A stretch of DNA of 64,000 bases from an uncultured Methanomicrobiales archaeon (GTDB lineage: Archaea > Halobacteriota > Methanomicrobia > Methanomicrobiales > Methanospirillaceae), in NCBI GenBank assembly GCA_963758915.1, contig CAVWXH010000002.1, positions 96,001 to 160,000 of the forward strand, in the 5' to 3' direction. The notes beneath the pieces are model-generated. The model did not search any database, was not told where the DNA came from, and saw nothing but the letters and a program-made list of their open reading frames with translations. Each line of letters opens with the position of its first letter. Position 1 is the first letter of the stretch. A program made the position numbers and the translations under genes. This document shows positions 1 to 10,090 of this stretch, piece by piece.

Positions 1-870
1 CACATCACGTGCAGAAAGGATTATTTCGCCGATTTCCGGGATTTCCACCTGTTCCGAGTCGTCGTAATCTTTTGTGAAGGACCGGATTACCGATGAAGGT
101 GAACCAATTTCTGCAATCTTGCCATCCACGAGGAGCAGGGCACGGCTTGCCATATCCTCGATTACGTGGGGAAAATGCGACGTGACCACCATGCCCATAT
201 TATTCGTTTTTGCTGCCTCGATAAGCATTGCATGGACTATTCTCGCTGTTTCGGGGTCAAGGGTGCCGGTCGGCTCGTCGGCAAACAACATCGCAGGGTC
301 TTTCGCGAGCTGCCGTGCAAGGACCACCCGCTGTTTCTCACCGCCGGAAAGGTCGCGTGCAATATGCATCATCCGGTGAGAGAGCCGCACCTGGTCTATC
401 AGGTCGGCAGCCCTGTTAATTGCCTTCTCCTGCGGGTAATTGATATCGTCAAGTGCATGGAGGACGTTCTCGATCACGCGGTCATCCCCGTAAAGGGCGA
501 AGGTGCGCTGGAACATGATTGCCGTCCGGTGCATCACCCGGGACTTCAGTCCGTCAATTCTTTCATCCCAGAGATCCACGTTCATTGCTGCCAGTTCCCC
601 GGAGCACAGGGGACAGCACGTCCCCGCACTGCTCTGCACATCGGTGTATTCACAGGTCGGGCAGGCCGCAATATGGTAGACGACCGAACCCCGTGTCGGA
701 GGTTGTTCGACTCCCCTGAGGAGATGCATCAGTACGCTCTTTCCCGCACCGCTCCTCCCGATGATCCCGATGATCTCTCCTTCCGGGATCTCGAATGAAA
801 CGTTATCCAGGACCCGTTTACCTTCAAAGTCCATGCAAAGGTCTTTTACTGTAATCATTGGCAATGTCAT
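1..870 (-). CDS. atwA: Methyl-coenzyme M reductase system component A2 (ABC-type ATPase), 3' end outside the window
   Basis: Manual translation from ATG at 870: MTLPMITVKDL...GRSGAGKSVLMHLLRG (Walker A), Cys insert CPTC...CPLC, then IMFQRTFALYGDDRVIENV, characteristic of component A2. Missing from the ORF track because it runs off the edge. Confidence 0.9.
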   Translation of the reverse strand, partial: MTLPMITVKDLCMDFEGKRVLDNVSFEIPEGEIIGIIGRSGAGKSVLMHLLRGVEQPPTRGSVVYHIAACPTCEYTDVQSSAGTCCPLCSGELAAMNVDLWDERIDGLKSRVMHRTAIMFQRTFALYGDDRVIENVLHALDDINYPQEKAINRAADLIDQVRLSHRMMHIARDLSGGEKQRVVLARQLAKDPAMLFADEPTGTLDPETARIVHAMLIEAAKTNNMGMVVTSHFPHVIEDMASRALLLVDGKIAEIGSPSSVIRSFTKDYDDSEQVEIPEIGEIILSARDV

Positions 871-1030
871 CTTTTTACCCCGGGCTGCGGTTTATTCATT
901 TGTCCTATCCTCTTCCTGTAACTGGCCGTCTTGTATTCTGCATCCGCTACAGGTATTTTTGGCTGAAACAGGGACCAGGCCCACGTCCTTTATACTCCCT
1001 CTCTTCAAGGGGTGGTTCCATCAAATCCGG

Positions 1031-1081
1031 CATATGAGTTACTGTTCGGAATGATTGTAATAGTAACTCATATGCGCATAA
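1031..1081. promoter_or_regulatory. Candidate operator pair upstream of atwA
   Basis: CATATGAGTTAC (1031-1042) and GTAACTCATATG (1063-1074) are perfect inverted copies. ACTCATATGCGCATAA (1066-1081) recurs exactly at 1904-1919. A minus-strand TTTAAGTA box is adjacent. Confidence 0.6.
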
Positions 1082-1144
1082 ATACTTAAAATTAGTGAAA
1101 GGTACCGGGGACTGCCCCGGGATACGTGGGCCTGGACCCGGCAA

Positions 1145-1864
1145 TTATTTCTTTGAGCCGGCGGCCCCTACAATCACACTGACTGACTGGGCGAACTCAT
1201 TGATCATCTCTGCAGGGATCCCGATGACCATCTCGTCGTCGGAGATACCCGAAAATTTCCTGGAGCCATCACACCCAAGGGAAAAATTGGGTTTTCCTGA
1301 GAGGTATGGCAATGCGGCTGCATCCGAACAGACTGACTGGATACCTGCGAAGGAACCAACAACCCGCCCGCCCAGCCTGAACAACGAACTCTGGGCAAGT
1401 TTCAGCATGGCCCAGGGACTTGCCATGATAATTACCACGTGGGGCGTGAAGGGTGTTTTCTCAAGCGGGGCATACAACGTGGCGTACGTCTCTCCGGACT
1501 GAAGGTGGGGGATCTGGTCAATAGTCCGTTTACATGCGGCGGCGCTGTTGAACTTTCCAAGTTTGAAATAGAAGTCCCCTGTTTTCAGGGTCGGGGTGAT
1601 CTCCCTGAGGCCTAGTGCCCACGCGCCACCGTTACATTCATGTTTTGAAACCGGCGAATAGAAAATACGTCCTTCCTTCCTGGCAAGGTTCACCATCATG
1701 CAATGTCGTATGGTCTTATCGAGTTCTTCAATCCCGGGCGGGATATCATCCTTTGTTGCGGCAAATCTGACTGCAACCGGAGACCCTGTCAGTTTCAGGG
1801 CATTTTTCAGGATTTCAGAGGACTCAGCATAATTAATCGGGATTTTCATGGCATCGTTCGTCAT
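1145..1864 (-). CDS. DUF169 family protein
   Basis: SPVAVRF, RHCMMV, CNGGAWALG, QSVCSD and SLGCDGSR motifs. Confidence 0.85.
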   Translation of the reverse strand: MTNDAMKIPINYAESSEILKNALKLTGSPVAVRFAATKDDIPPGIEELDKTIRHCMMVNLARKEGRIFYSPVSKHECNGGAWALGLREITPTLKTGDFYFKLGKFNSAAACKRTIDQIPHLQSGETYATLYAPLEKTPFTPHVVIIMASPWAMLKLAQSSLFRLGGRVVGSFAGIQSVCSDAAALPYLSGKPNFSLGCDGSRKFSGISDDEMVIGIPAEMINEFAQSVSVIVGAAGSKK

Positions 1865-1903
1865 TAGTACCAGGTTCCTTGACCCTATCGGTGGATCCTA
1901 ATC

Positions 1904-1919
1904 ACTCATATGCGCATAA
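1904..1919. promoter_or_regulatory. Candidate operator upstream of the DUF169 gene
   Basis: Exact 16-bp copy of 1066-1081, next to a minus-strand TTTTAATAA TATA-like box. Confidence 0.6.
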
Positions 1920-1943
1920 TTATTAAAAAGAGTATGATGATAC

Positions 1944-2354
1944 TCAGACCGGTTGTTCAGTACCGGTCATTTCCTGCCCCGGTTTTCTGGTATCACTGGC
2001 ACAGTTACACGGGCACTGGCCGCGGGCAGCTTTCTGGCATCCTGCTATTTCAATTCCTTTTCCATTGACGAGTGCATCGGCAATTTTGCGCCGCACTTCC
2101 TGGAGGTCACGCCAGGCAGTCTTTCGTGAGACGCCGAGTTTTTGTGCGGCCTCTTCCTGTTCCAGCCCCTCGATATCAATGAGCCGGACCAGTTCAATTT
2201 CCTCAGGGGTTAGTGAGATCACCGCCGGGTTTTCGTCCAGTGAACACCTTGGCTGGAAACACCGTGATTCAGGACTTCCTGATATCATCCGGCGAACCCG
2301 CGGCCTCCCACGCCGGTGACATACTTCCTCCGGAATTATTGGGTTATCAGTCAT
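1944..2354 (-). CDS. DUF134 (UPF0251) DNA-binding protein with Cys-rich C-terminus
   Basis: RGRPRVRR...EEIELVRLIDIEGLEQEEAAQKLGVSRKT...RRKIADALVNGK; likely start MTDNP at 2354. Confidence 0.9.
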   Translation of the reverse strand: MTDNPIIPEEVCHRRGRPRVRRMISGSPESRCFQPRCSLDENPAVISLTPEEIELVRLIDIEGLEQEEAAQKLGVSRKTAWRDLQEVRRKIADALVNGKGIEIAGCQKAARGQCPCNCASDTRKPGQEMTGTEQPV

Positions 2355-2419
2355 GGTTTTGTCCTGCCTGCTATGGGGACGGTTGTTATCCTGATATAAT
2401 TTGTCAGGTATTAACATGA

Positions 2420-2623
2420 GGCTTTCTGACTGTTGAAAACCCGTCCTGGTAAGGCACCCGGCCTGGCCATCCGGGATCCCTGTCAGGGATATTTCAGGGA
2501 TAATAAAGATTATCCCCTATCCCAACCAGCGACGCCAAAGCGGTTGGGCGTAGCCTCTGGAACGTGATTAAATGTCAGGACAGGCAAATTTACACATTAG
2601 ATTGAGTGGCTTTCAACAAATCC
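2420..2623 (+). mobile_element. MITE-like repeat copy 1 (degenerate)
   Basis: Core CTATCCCAACCAGCGACGCCAAAGCGG and right end TAGATTGAG...TCAACAAATCC match the copies at 10.9, 13.2 and 37.7 kb; left boundary approximate. Confidence 0.6.
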
Positions 2624-2691
2624 ATCCATTTCACAACATAGCAGGAACAACCGGGATAACCCCAATTGGCTGTTCCATCGTACACGGCAGA

Positions 2692-3744
2692 TCACTGCAT
2701 GAACCGGTATTCACCTTCGGGCACGGTTATCACAAACCTGGCCCCTTTCCCCGGCTGACCGTTCTCTTTTATCGATAATCCTGTTATTCCAAGGATTTCA
2801 CGGCTGAGGAACAGGCCGAACCCGGTATTTTTCCCAAATCCCTTATTGAAGATCCGCTCCTTGTCCTCATCAGCCACCCCTGCCCCGTTATCCTCATACA
2901 CAATACACAATTCGTTATTGCCGGATTTCTGATAAGAGAAACGGATAAGGGAGACATGTTCTCCATGCCTGAGTGAATTGTCAACCAGGTTCCCGAAGAC
3001 CTTTTCAAGCATCGGGTCTCCGTACACCTCCAGAGACCCCAGGTCATTAGTCAGCCGGATATCGTGCAGGGGTGTCATTGATAGTATTGTTTCGATGTAC
3101 CGGGCGATGTTCTGCCATTGCGGAGCCTGGACACCGATATCCTGGTAATCCTTGGTAAAGGCAATCTGGCGGCGGATGATATTCGCTGCGTTCTCGCTTT
3201 TCTCTAAAAAATTAATAACTTCCGTATCTGTAATTCTCTCCCTGGCGAGGTCAAGGTACCCGATCAGGACCGTCAGCTGGTTAAAAATATCATGCCTGGT
3301 AATGTTCGAGAGAAGGTTTAATTTTTTATTCGCAGTTTCAAATGCCTGCTGTGATGCATGCAATTTCGCATTCCGATCGACAACCTCAATATGACTGGTA
3401 ATCCTGTAATCAGAAAGAGTTCCTACAACCAATGCCACGATAAACAACATAGTGGCCCGTATCAGTGATTCGAAAGGAAATATCCCCGTGATGTAGATTG
3501 CAACAATTACCTGAAGACCCCCGAATAATAACGCAACCCAGATAGCCTTTTTTCCATACCAGAGTCCGGCAACAACGACAATGAGGTAGAAAAACTGGGT
3601 GTATACTACCGTGATATGGAGATAATAATGGAGGGTAAATTCAAGGAACAGTCCGGTTGCGACGAGCAGGGCAAAAACATACGGCTGGGCGCTGCTCGTG
3701 CTGGTAAGCCACGATTCTCCGGATGCTGGTTCCTTGTCTGTCAT
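2692..3744 (-). CDS. Membrane-bound sensor histidine kinase
   Basis: About 4 N-terminal TM helices, H-box ITRHDIFNQL, N-box NLVDNS, G-boxes DNGAG and GFGLFL. Confidence 0.9.
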   Translation of the reverse strand: MTDKEPASGESWLTSTSSAQPYVFALLVATGLFLEFTLHYYLHITVVYTQFFYLIVVVAGLWYGKKAIWVALLFGGLQVIVAIYITGIFPFESLIRATMLFIVALVVGTLSDYRITSHIEVVDRNAKLHASQQAFETANKKLNLLSNITRHDIFNQLTVLIGYLDLARERITDTEVINFLEKSENAANIIRRQIAFTKDYQDIGVQAPQWQNIARYIETILSMTPLHDIRLTNDLGSLEVYGDPMLEKVFGNLVDNSLRHGEHVSLIRFSYQKSGNNELCIVYEDNGAGVADEDKERIFNKGFGKNTGFGLFLSREILGITGLSIKENGQPGKGARFVITVPEGEYRFMQ

Positions 3745-3954
3745 AAATCTCCAATTCCACTGATATTCAGGATAAAGCCCGATAAATTAACATGAGAAAG
3801 GATAATATTTATTATTCACTGCTTTTTGGACATTATTTCGTGCTCCCTTATTTCTGACCTCATTTACTATCTTCTGAACTATTGAGCGTACCCGGATTGG
3901 GTAACGGAGCGGACCCATGCAGTGATTTGGATGTAACCCCCATGGCAATTCCGT

Positions 3955-4521
3955 CTATTCACCTTCTTTTTTATTCATCCTGTCGTATGAGGAGATTAAA
4001 TATTTTGAGTGTTCCGATAATTTCCTGGTCTGCTCCGAGACACGGACCGGGTCGATTGTTGCGTCGATCAGGATGTCAAAACTGATCTCGTTTATCCAGT
4101 TGGCCTTCTCGAACATACTCATGAAACAGACCCCGATTACTGCTGAGTCCTTGTGGCGTGCAAGCATACGTTTTGCATCACCGACGGTTACCGGGACGTT
4201 AGGCATGGCGAGCCCTCCCATAATGACCTGTGCACCGGGGATGAGCACCATGTGGTCTGGTGAGATCTGCATGCCAACCCCTTCCACGAATATTATTTTT
4301 TTTGCCTGTTCTTCTTTAAAATATGGGACATAGACCTGTTCAAGCCCGAGCCCGCGGACGGCGAATGCCAGTAGTTCAATAAACGGGGTGCAGGTGCCGG
4401 GTACACCGTAATACACTATCTGGTCTCCTTTTCCAAACTTGTTCGTTTCAAGGTACTGCTTAAAAGGGCGGAGTATTCCCGGGACTCCTTTCTGGGGGCT
4501 TTGGTCACTCATCTTTGTCAC
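3955..4521 (-). CDS. DUF2124 family methanogen protein
   Basis: GVPGTCTPFIELLAFAVR, MGGLAMP and GVCFMSMFEKANW motifs. Confidence 0.8.
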   Translation of the reverse strand: MTKMSDQSPQKGVPGILRPFKQYLETNKFGKGDQIVYYGVPGTCTPFIELLAFAVRGLGLEQVYVPYFKEEQAKKIIFVEGVGMQISPDHMVLIPGAQVIMGGLAMPNVPVTVGDAKRMLARHKDSAVIGVCFMSMFEKANWINEISFDILIDATIDPVRVSEQTRKLSEHSKYLISSYDRMNKKEGE

Positions 4522-4583
4522 GTAAAAGAGGATCGCACTTGCCGGGACTTAATAATGGTGGTTTTACAAATGCGATAACGCCA

Positions 4584-5438
4584 TTACCATTCGAGAGCCA
4601 TTCCAACACCGGCTTCCTTAACAGGGCATTGTTCAGCGAGGAATATTTTCGAGGACAACGAGGTGCAATGGCAGGCATAAAGGGCATGTAACCGGAGACA
4701 ATGCAAATATTCGCGTGTTTTTTCCAATACGGGTGGATTTGGAGTAAGGAGGTGGAGCCCGCCGATAATGTCAACCACACGATCTTCGTGGCATATGGTT
4801 CGCGCTGTCTCCACAATGTTGCAGATCCCTGCATGGGAGCACCCGGTAATAACAACGAGGCCCTCGCTGGTCTTCAATGCTAGTGCAGAATCGTCCCGGA
4901 TGAGATCGGGTCCGGTTCTCCCATCAGGCATGAGTATCTTCCTTGTACCCGGTTCATGGGCTTCAAATGCATGTTTTTGCTCAATTTGTCCCAGAAAAAC
5001 CAGGTCATCAGTGATCCAGTATGGTTTTTTCGTGGTAATCATGGTGAAGTGCCGCCCCATCTCTTCTTCAGAAACCAGGGAACCAATGTTCGGGATGGGG
5101 AATTTCGGACGTGGGTAGAAACAAAACGGGTGGGAAAGTATTTCCGGCACTTTATGGGGGATATTCTCTAACATTGCCCCGGTAAGGTACCGGATGAACG
5201 CCGGTATTCCACCGGTATGGTCGAGGTGCCCATGTGAGAAGACGATCATGTCGAGATCAAGGAGACTGATCCCCATCTTCCGGGCATTCTGAATGAACAG
5301 ATCAGAATAACCGGTATCGAACAGGATGTTCTTTCCGGCAGTCCGGATGAGGAAAGAAAGACCGGGCTCACCTGAAAAATAATGGTCAGTAATGGTGTTA
5401 TTGTCTGCCAGCACGGTGAGTGACGCCTGCGGTGTCAT
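4584..5438 (-). CDS. Metallo-beta-lactamase fold hydrolase (MJ0448-like)
   Basis: GEPGLS, LFDTG, SHGHLDHTGG, GCSHAG, GGLHL and HCT motifs; likely start MTPQASL at 5438 (the longer ORF overlaps other genes). Confidence 0.9.
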   Translation of the reverse strand: MTPQASLTVLADNNTITDHYFSGEPGLSFLIRTAGKNILFDTGYSDLFIQNARKMGISLLDLDMIVFSHGHLDHTGGIPAFIRYLTGAMLENIPHKVPEILSHPFCFYPRPKFPIPNIGSLVSEEEMGRHFTMITTKKPYWITDDLVFLGQIEQKHAFEAHEPGTRKILMPDGRTGPDLIRDDSALALKTSEGLVVITGCSHAGICNIVETARTICHEDRVVDIIGGLHLLTPNPPVLEKTREYLHCLRLHALYACHCTSLSSKIFLAEQCPVKEAGVGMALEW

Positions 5439-5585
5439 ATATCCTGATTCATAAGCAATCAGATAGACCTTTGCTTTAATTGTCACACATGGGTGGTCTA
5501 CCCTGGCATAGTATGTCTCGTCCATTCCCTGACGAACACGTATATATGGGGTATGACAGAAGTGGATACCTGAGGTATAGTGAGA

Positions 5586-5726
5586 ATGGCTATTGATCCG
5601 ATCTGCAGGATGACTGTGGATGAAAAGACCGCGAAACTGGTCAGCGAGTACAAGGGGAAGAATTATTATTTCTGTGCCCCGGGCTGCAAGAAGAAGTTTG
5701 ACACTGACCCTGAAAAGTATATATGA
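5586..5726 (+). CDS. YHS domain microprotein (46 aa)
   Basis: Manual translation MAIDPICRMTVDEKTAKLVSEYKGKNYYFCAPGCKKKFDTDPEKYI; GAGGT RBS upstream; below the ORF-track cutoff. Confidence 0.9.
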   Translation: MAIDPICRMTVDEKTAKLVSEYKGKNYYFCAPGCKKKFDTDPEKYI

Positions 5727-5811
5727 AAAACGGCGCATGGCGGGTTCCTGGTGACCCGGGACCAATTTTTCTTTTATTGGCAGATATATATACAATAACC
5801 ATGCGATAGTT

Positions 5812-6360
5812 TTGTGGAATGAGGTGGTACTGATACTTGAATTATTGACCCAGGCGATATGGTCGCCATATATCGCAGGAGCAGGCATTGGTATTCTCGT
5901 CTGTCTTGCGTTGCTTCTCTCGAACAGAGCTATAGGCTGTTCATCAGGTTACGTCAAGGCCGGGGGACTGATTGAAAAGTCGATCAGTCCGGCCCGTGTT
6001 GAAAAGCAGGAGTATTACCGCGAAATTGTCCCCGAAGTTGACTGGGCATTCATGCTCATCCCGGGTATCGTGATCGGGGCGTTCATCGCATCTATGCTCT
6101 CCGGGCAGTTCCAGTTCATTATTGTCCCGGCGACATGGAGCGCAACGTTTGGCAACACCCCGGTACTCCGGATCATTGTTGCGATACTTGGCGGGGCCCT
6201 CCTGGGCTTCGGTGCCCGATGGGCCGGAGGATGCACGTCTGGTCATGGGATAAGCGGTTCCATCCAGCTCTCGCTGGCCAGCATAATTTCCGCAGCATGT
6301 TTCTTCGCAGGCGGCATCGCGATGGCCATGTTCCTGTTTTATGTGATCGGGGGAGCTTAA
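5812..6360 (+). CDS. YeeE/YedE sulfur-compound transporter family, first half
   Basis: WSPYIAG, IGCSSG, GFGARWAGGCTSGHGISG; hydrophobic. Confidence 0.88.
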   Translation: MWNEVVLILELLTQAIWSPYIAGAGIGILVCLALLLSNRAIGCSSGYVKAGGLIEKSISPARVEKQEYYREIVPEVDWAFMLIPGIVIGAFIASMLSGQFQFIIVPATWSATFGNTPVLRIIVAILGGALLGFGARWAGGCTSGHGISGSIQLSLASIISAACFFAGGIAMAMFLFYVIGGA

Positions 6361-6927
6361 ATGGGCGAATTATTTACCGGTATTCACAAGGACCGGGGCC
6401 TCCAGGTAATCCTCGGTCTCCTGTTTGGGATCATGTTCGGGTTCCTGCTCCAGAAAAGCGGGGTGACCAGTTACGACGTGATTATTGCCCAGCTGCTTCT
6501 CACTAATTTCACCGTGATGAAAGTGATGCTCTCCGCTGTCATCGTGGGGATGATCGGCCTTGCACTCCTGAAACATTATGGTTATGCACAGCCTCACCCG
6601 GCATCCGGGACTATTGGTTCGAACGTTATAGGGGGGCTTATATTTGGACTCGGGTTCGCCCTGCTCGGTTATTGCCCGGGAACGGTAGCTGGTGCGGTAG
6701 GGACGGGTGCAATTGATGCCCTGATCGGTGGTGTGGTGGGAATCCTGGCCGGCATCATCATTTTTGTCAGGGTATACCCGAAAATCAGGGGCGGTATCCT
6801 GAGTAAAGGCCCTCTTCCTGCCGTAACCGTGCAGGAATTCCTCAGGCTCAATATGTGGCTGACGATCGTTATTATGGAAGCGGTAATGATCGGGTTCCTG
6901 CTGCTGCTCGAATACCTTGGATACTGA
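6361..6927 (+). CDS. YeeE/YedE sulfur-compound transporter family, second half
   Basis: GLLFGIMFGFLLQK and GGLIFGLGFALLGYCPGT; abuts the previous gene. Confidence 0.88.
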   Translation: MGELFTGIHKDRGLQVILGLLFGIMFGFLLQKSGVTSYDVIIAQLLLTNFTVMKVMLSAVIVGMIGLALLKHYGYAQPHPASGTIGSNVIGGLIFGLGFALLGYCPGTVAGAVGTGAIDALIGGVVGILAGIIIFVRVYPKIRGGILSKGPLPAVTVQEFLRLNMWLTIVIMEAVMIGFLLLLEYLGY

Positions 6928-7404
6928 GCTTCGATAAGCTGATGGTGGTGGAACAACCCGGGATGCCTTTTTTTACGAAAATCACGGGTCCGGATCCCGG
7001 AATTATAAATTTCTGCGGCTTTCTGCCTGCCGGTTTTTTGGACCGGACCTTCCGGTTTTTCACACAACCGCAATTTGCTGGTCACTGGTGAGGTGCGGTG
7101 AACCTGCATGTGATGATTGATATGCCGTGATACCCGCTGCCCTGTTGATGACAGGGCCCGCACCGCATGGTGTAAAGATCCTTTCAGTCCCGTTCCTGAT
7201 ACCTGCCTGACCTGCGGGCCCCCAAGCCTGCAGCAGCAGGGATATAGCGGTTCAGCAGTTTAATTTTTTCAGCCGATGGTAATATCAAAGGGTTCCGGGT
7301 TCAAGAGTTCGATAACAAATCCCGGCCTGGCAAAAAAAAGATATCCGGGATCTCACCTTCTCTGGTAACTATTATCCGGAATTATCTCAAGATATTGTCA
7401 TGAT

Positions 7405-8598
7405 ATGCAGGAACTGGTCCCTTTTCGTGAACTTGAAGAACGGATGAGGCGGTTTATCGATCTGATGGACAGGAAAAACCCGTCCTGGGAAACCGCATGC
7501 ATCTTCGGAAAACTCAACCAGTATTATTTTACCGGCACCATGCAGGACGGAATGCTGTACATCCCAAGAAAAAGCCAGCCGGTATACTTCGTGCGGAGGA
7601 GTTACGAACGGGCAGTTAAAGAGTCTAAGTTTCCGGACATAAGGCCGATGAACAGTTTCCGCGACGCGGCCAATGATACCGGCCCCTGCTCCGGTACCGT
7701 GTACCTTGAGATGGAACGTGTCCCTCTTGCATTATATTCGAGGTTTTTGAAATATTTCCCGTTCAGGGACGCAAAACCTCTGGACCTGCAGGTATCAGAG
7801 GTGAGGGCTGTGAAAAGTGCGTTCGAACTGGCACTCCTCGAAAAGGCGGGGAAACAGCACCGTTACGTCCTTGAAGACCGTGTCCCGGCTCTTCTGGGCG
7901 CGGGCATGAGCGAGGCCAATCTTGGAGGTGAATTATATGCAGAAATGGTGCGGGAGGGCCATCACGGTATTGTCAGGTTCGGCATGTTTGATACCGAGAT
8001 CATCATCGGGCAGCTGGGGTTTGGTGAGAGCTCGCTATATCCTACGTATTTCGATGGTCCGGGTGGTGCCTATGGCATGGGTCCTGCGGCGCCGGTGCTC
8101 GGCAGCAGGGACCGGCTGCTTGCTTCCGGGGACCTGGTCTTTATTGATACCGGATTCGGTGTCGACGGGTACCATACCGACAAGACGATGACCTACATGT
8201 TCGGATCACCGATTCCGGGCCATGCAGTCGAAGCCCATCACCGGTGTGTTGAGATACAGGACGAGATCGCATCTCTCCTGAAACCCGGTAATCCGCCTTC
8301 AACGATATACTCTGCCATCATGGACGGCCTTGACGAGGACTTCATGAAAAACTTCATGGGCTTTGGCGACCGGAGGGTCCGGTTTCTCGGCCATGGTGTC
8401 GGGCTGCAGGTTGACGAACTGCCGGTAATTTCACGTGGGTTTGACGAACCGCTGCAGGAAGGCATGGTCTTTGCCGTTGAGCCCAAAAAGGGTATACCCG
8501 GGGTAGGGATGGTGGGAATTGAGAATACCTATATTGTCACCCCGGGTGGGGGCAGGTGTATCACCGGCGATAGCAAAGGGCTGATCCCGGTCTTCTGA
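7405..8598 (+). CDS. Xaa-Pro peptidase family (M24) protein
   Basis: Metal ligands D...GYHTD, GHGVG, EPK, GIENT. Confidence 0.9.
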   Translation: MQELVPFRELEERMRRFIDLMDRKNPSWETACIFGKLNQYYFTGTMQDGMLYIPRKSQPVYFVRRSYERAVKESKFPDIRPMNSFRDAANDTGPCSGTVYLEMERVPLALYSRFLKYFPFRDAKPLDLQVSEVRAVKSAFELALLEKAGKQHRYVLEDRVPALLGAGMSEANLGGELYAEMVREGHHGIVRFGMFDTEIIIGQLGFGESSLYPTYFDGPGGAYGMGPAAPVLGSRDRLLASGDLVFIDTGFGVDGYHTDKTMTYMFGSPIPGHAVEAHHRCVEIQDEIASLLKPGNPPSTIYSAIMDGLDEDFMKNFMGFGDRRVRFLGHGVGLQVDELPVISRGFDEPLQEGMVFAVEPKKGIPGVGMVGIENTYIVTPGGGRCITGDSKGLIPVF

Positions 8599-8893
8599 AC
8601 GAGCTTCCTATTCCCTGACCCGGGAAATAAAAAAACCTTTTTCGACTAATCCGGTCTGGAACACCACACAATTCCCCTATCCCCACCAGACCTTGGCTTA
8701 CCCGTCTTTTTGGTTCCAGAAAATACCGGTTTTCACCTGTACCTCCTCACGTCACTATGCCACGTCACCAGATGCCGCAAATCCCATAAAATGACTCAAT
8801 TTAAGCCCTGATTCCCAACCCCGCCTAATGACTATCCTCCCCTATCTGCCACCATAGTATGCCCTTCGGATGAAGGGCAGGAGTATCAGCAAC

Positions 8894-9397
8894 ATGGCAG
8901 ATTTTATTCAAAAAGCAAATGTCAAGCGTTCGGTCCGTGACCTTACGACACCGATCCCTGACGTCGCAACACTGAACACCCTTGTACAGGGTGCTATCGA
9001 CACAAACGCATTCCAGTGCGTGGATTTCACCAGGTCCGGGGTAACCGTCCCCGGCATGACAAGGGGCACCGAGTCCTACACGGTGAAGGTCATCTACGAG
9101 GACGGGAATGCAAAAAATGTCGGGAACACCTCGGCAAAAGCAAAGACCGTTGCAGGTCTTAACGCTGCAGCAGCGGCGATCCTCGCCGATAATGCACTTT
9201 CGGCCGCGATTGGAGGCACTGCACTTCGGGATGCCCAGAATGAAAGTTACTCGGTGTCCGTAAAATGCCACGACCCGAACGGCGAGGACTACATGGTCAC
9301 CTTCACCAGGAAGAACATCACGGTCTCCACCTACGAGGACAACGCAATTGTCGCCCGCGTGAACACCTGGGCGAACACAAAGCCCGCTCTTGCATAA
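8894..9397 (+). CDS. Hypothetical protein (MADFxQK... type), first gene of an unknown cassette
   Basis: GGAG RBS upstream of ATG 8894; 167 aa with an internal ESY-x-V-x-V...D-x-N duplication. Confidence 0.8.
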   Translation: MADFIQKANVKRSVRDLTTPIPDVATLNTLVQGAIDTNAFQCVDFTRSGVTVPGMTRGTESYTVKVIYEDGNAKNVGNTSAKAKTVAGLNAAAAAILADNALSAAIGGTALRDAQNESYSVSVKCHDPNGEDYMVTFTRKNITVSTYEDNAIVARVNTWANTKPALA

Positions 9398-9542
9398 GGG
9401 GGCAACAGGCAGGATACCGGGTTTTACTTCCCACCTCACCTTTTTCGACCCGGCAGGACCTGCGGGCACCGCATGGATCCGGGCAGGAATACCGGGCGAG
9501 GGGGTACCCCGCCCCACCCCCAAATTTCGGGAGATTTTTGGA

Positions 9543-9713
9543 ATGGACCTGGAAACAACCGCTCTTATCCTAGGCGTTGTGCTCCCGCTCTATCCTGCAC
9601 TTTTTGCAGTCTACGAGAAGATTGGAAAGTACGAGGTAATTTGCGCGGAATTTACAGCGCTACTAAAAGAGCATGAACAAATGAAGGAGACCAGATTATG
9701 GAACAGGAATTAA
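9543..9713 (+). CDS. Small single-TM protein with charged helical tail (holin/YvrJ-like architecture)
   Basis: MDLETTALILGVVLPLYPALFAVYEKIGK..., GGAG RBS, overlaps the next gene. Confidence 0.65.
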   Translation: MDLETTALILGVVLPLYPALFAVYEKIGKYEVICAEFTALLKEHEQMKETRLWNRN

Positions 9714-10090
9714 CCAACCTCATTGAGATCCTGATTACACTCGCTGCTGCATTGATTGCATACGTGCAGCACCGGAACGCAACGAAAGCAACCGCTGAAA
9801 CTCAGCAGGCACAGCTTACTACAAAACAGGTACTCAGCTACTTCGATGCGACTGATGACACGGTCACCGCTGCACCGGAAATGGTTCCGGGAAGATCCTG
9901 GAAAATGACGGACAGCACGAAGCGCTGGCTCACGTTCGACCATTCAACGGCCGAGCAGGAAAGCCTGCTCCGCCAGGTGGCAGAGGCCGAATCAGAACGG
10001 CTGGACAGGTATACGATTAGGGTCCCGTCTGCCTGGTATGATATCGAATACGGGCTGATCAAGGGCTCGGGAAAGACAGGGGTATTATGA
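9698..10090 (+). CDS. Hypothetical protein with N-terminal TM helix
   Basis: GGAG RBS; LIEILITLAAALIAYV TM segment; ATGA overlap with the next gene. Confidence 0.75.
   Translation: MEQELTNLIEILITLAAALIAYVQHRNATKATAETQQAQLTTKQVLSYFDATDDTVTAAPEMVPGRSWKMTDSTKRWLTFDHSTAEQESLLRQVAEAESERLDRYTIRVPSAWYDIEYGLIKGSGKTGVL

Noticed and set aside
166-798. 210-aa plus-strand ORF and other long antisense ORFs (e.g. 36360-37394, 40472-41137, 60132-60788)
   Set aside because: Shadow frames opposite well-supported genes, with no recognisable motifs.
5439-5888. 150-aa N-terminal extension of the MBL hydrolase in the ORF track
   Set aside because: It overlaps the opposite-strand YHS and YeeE genes; the family-typical start is at 5438.
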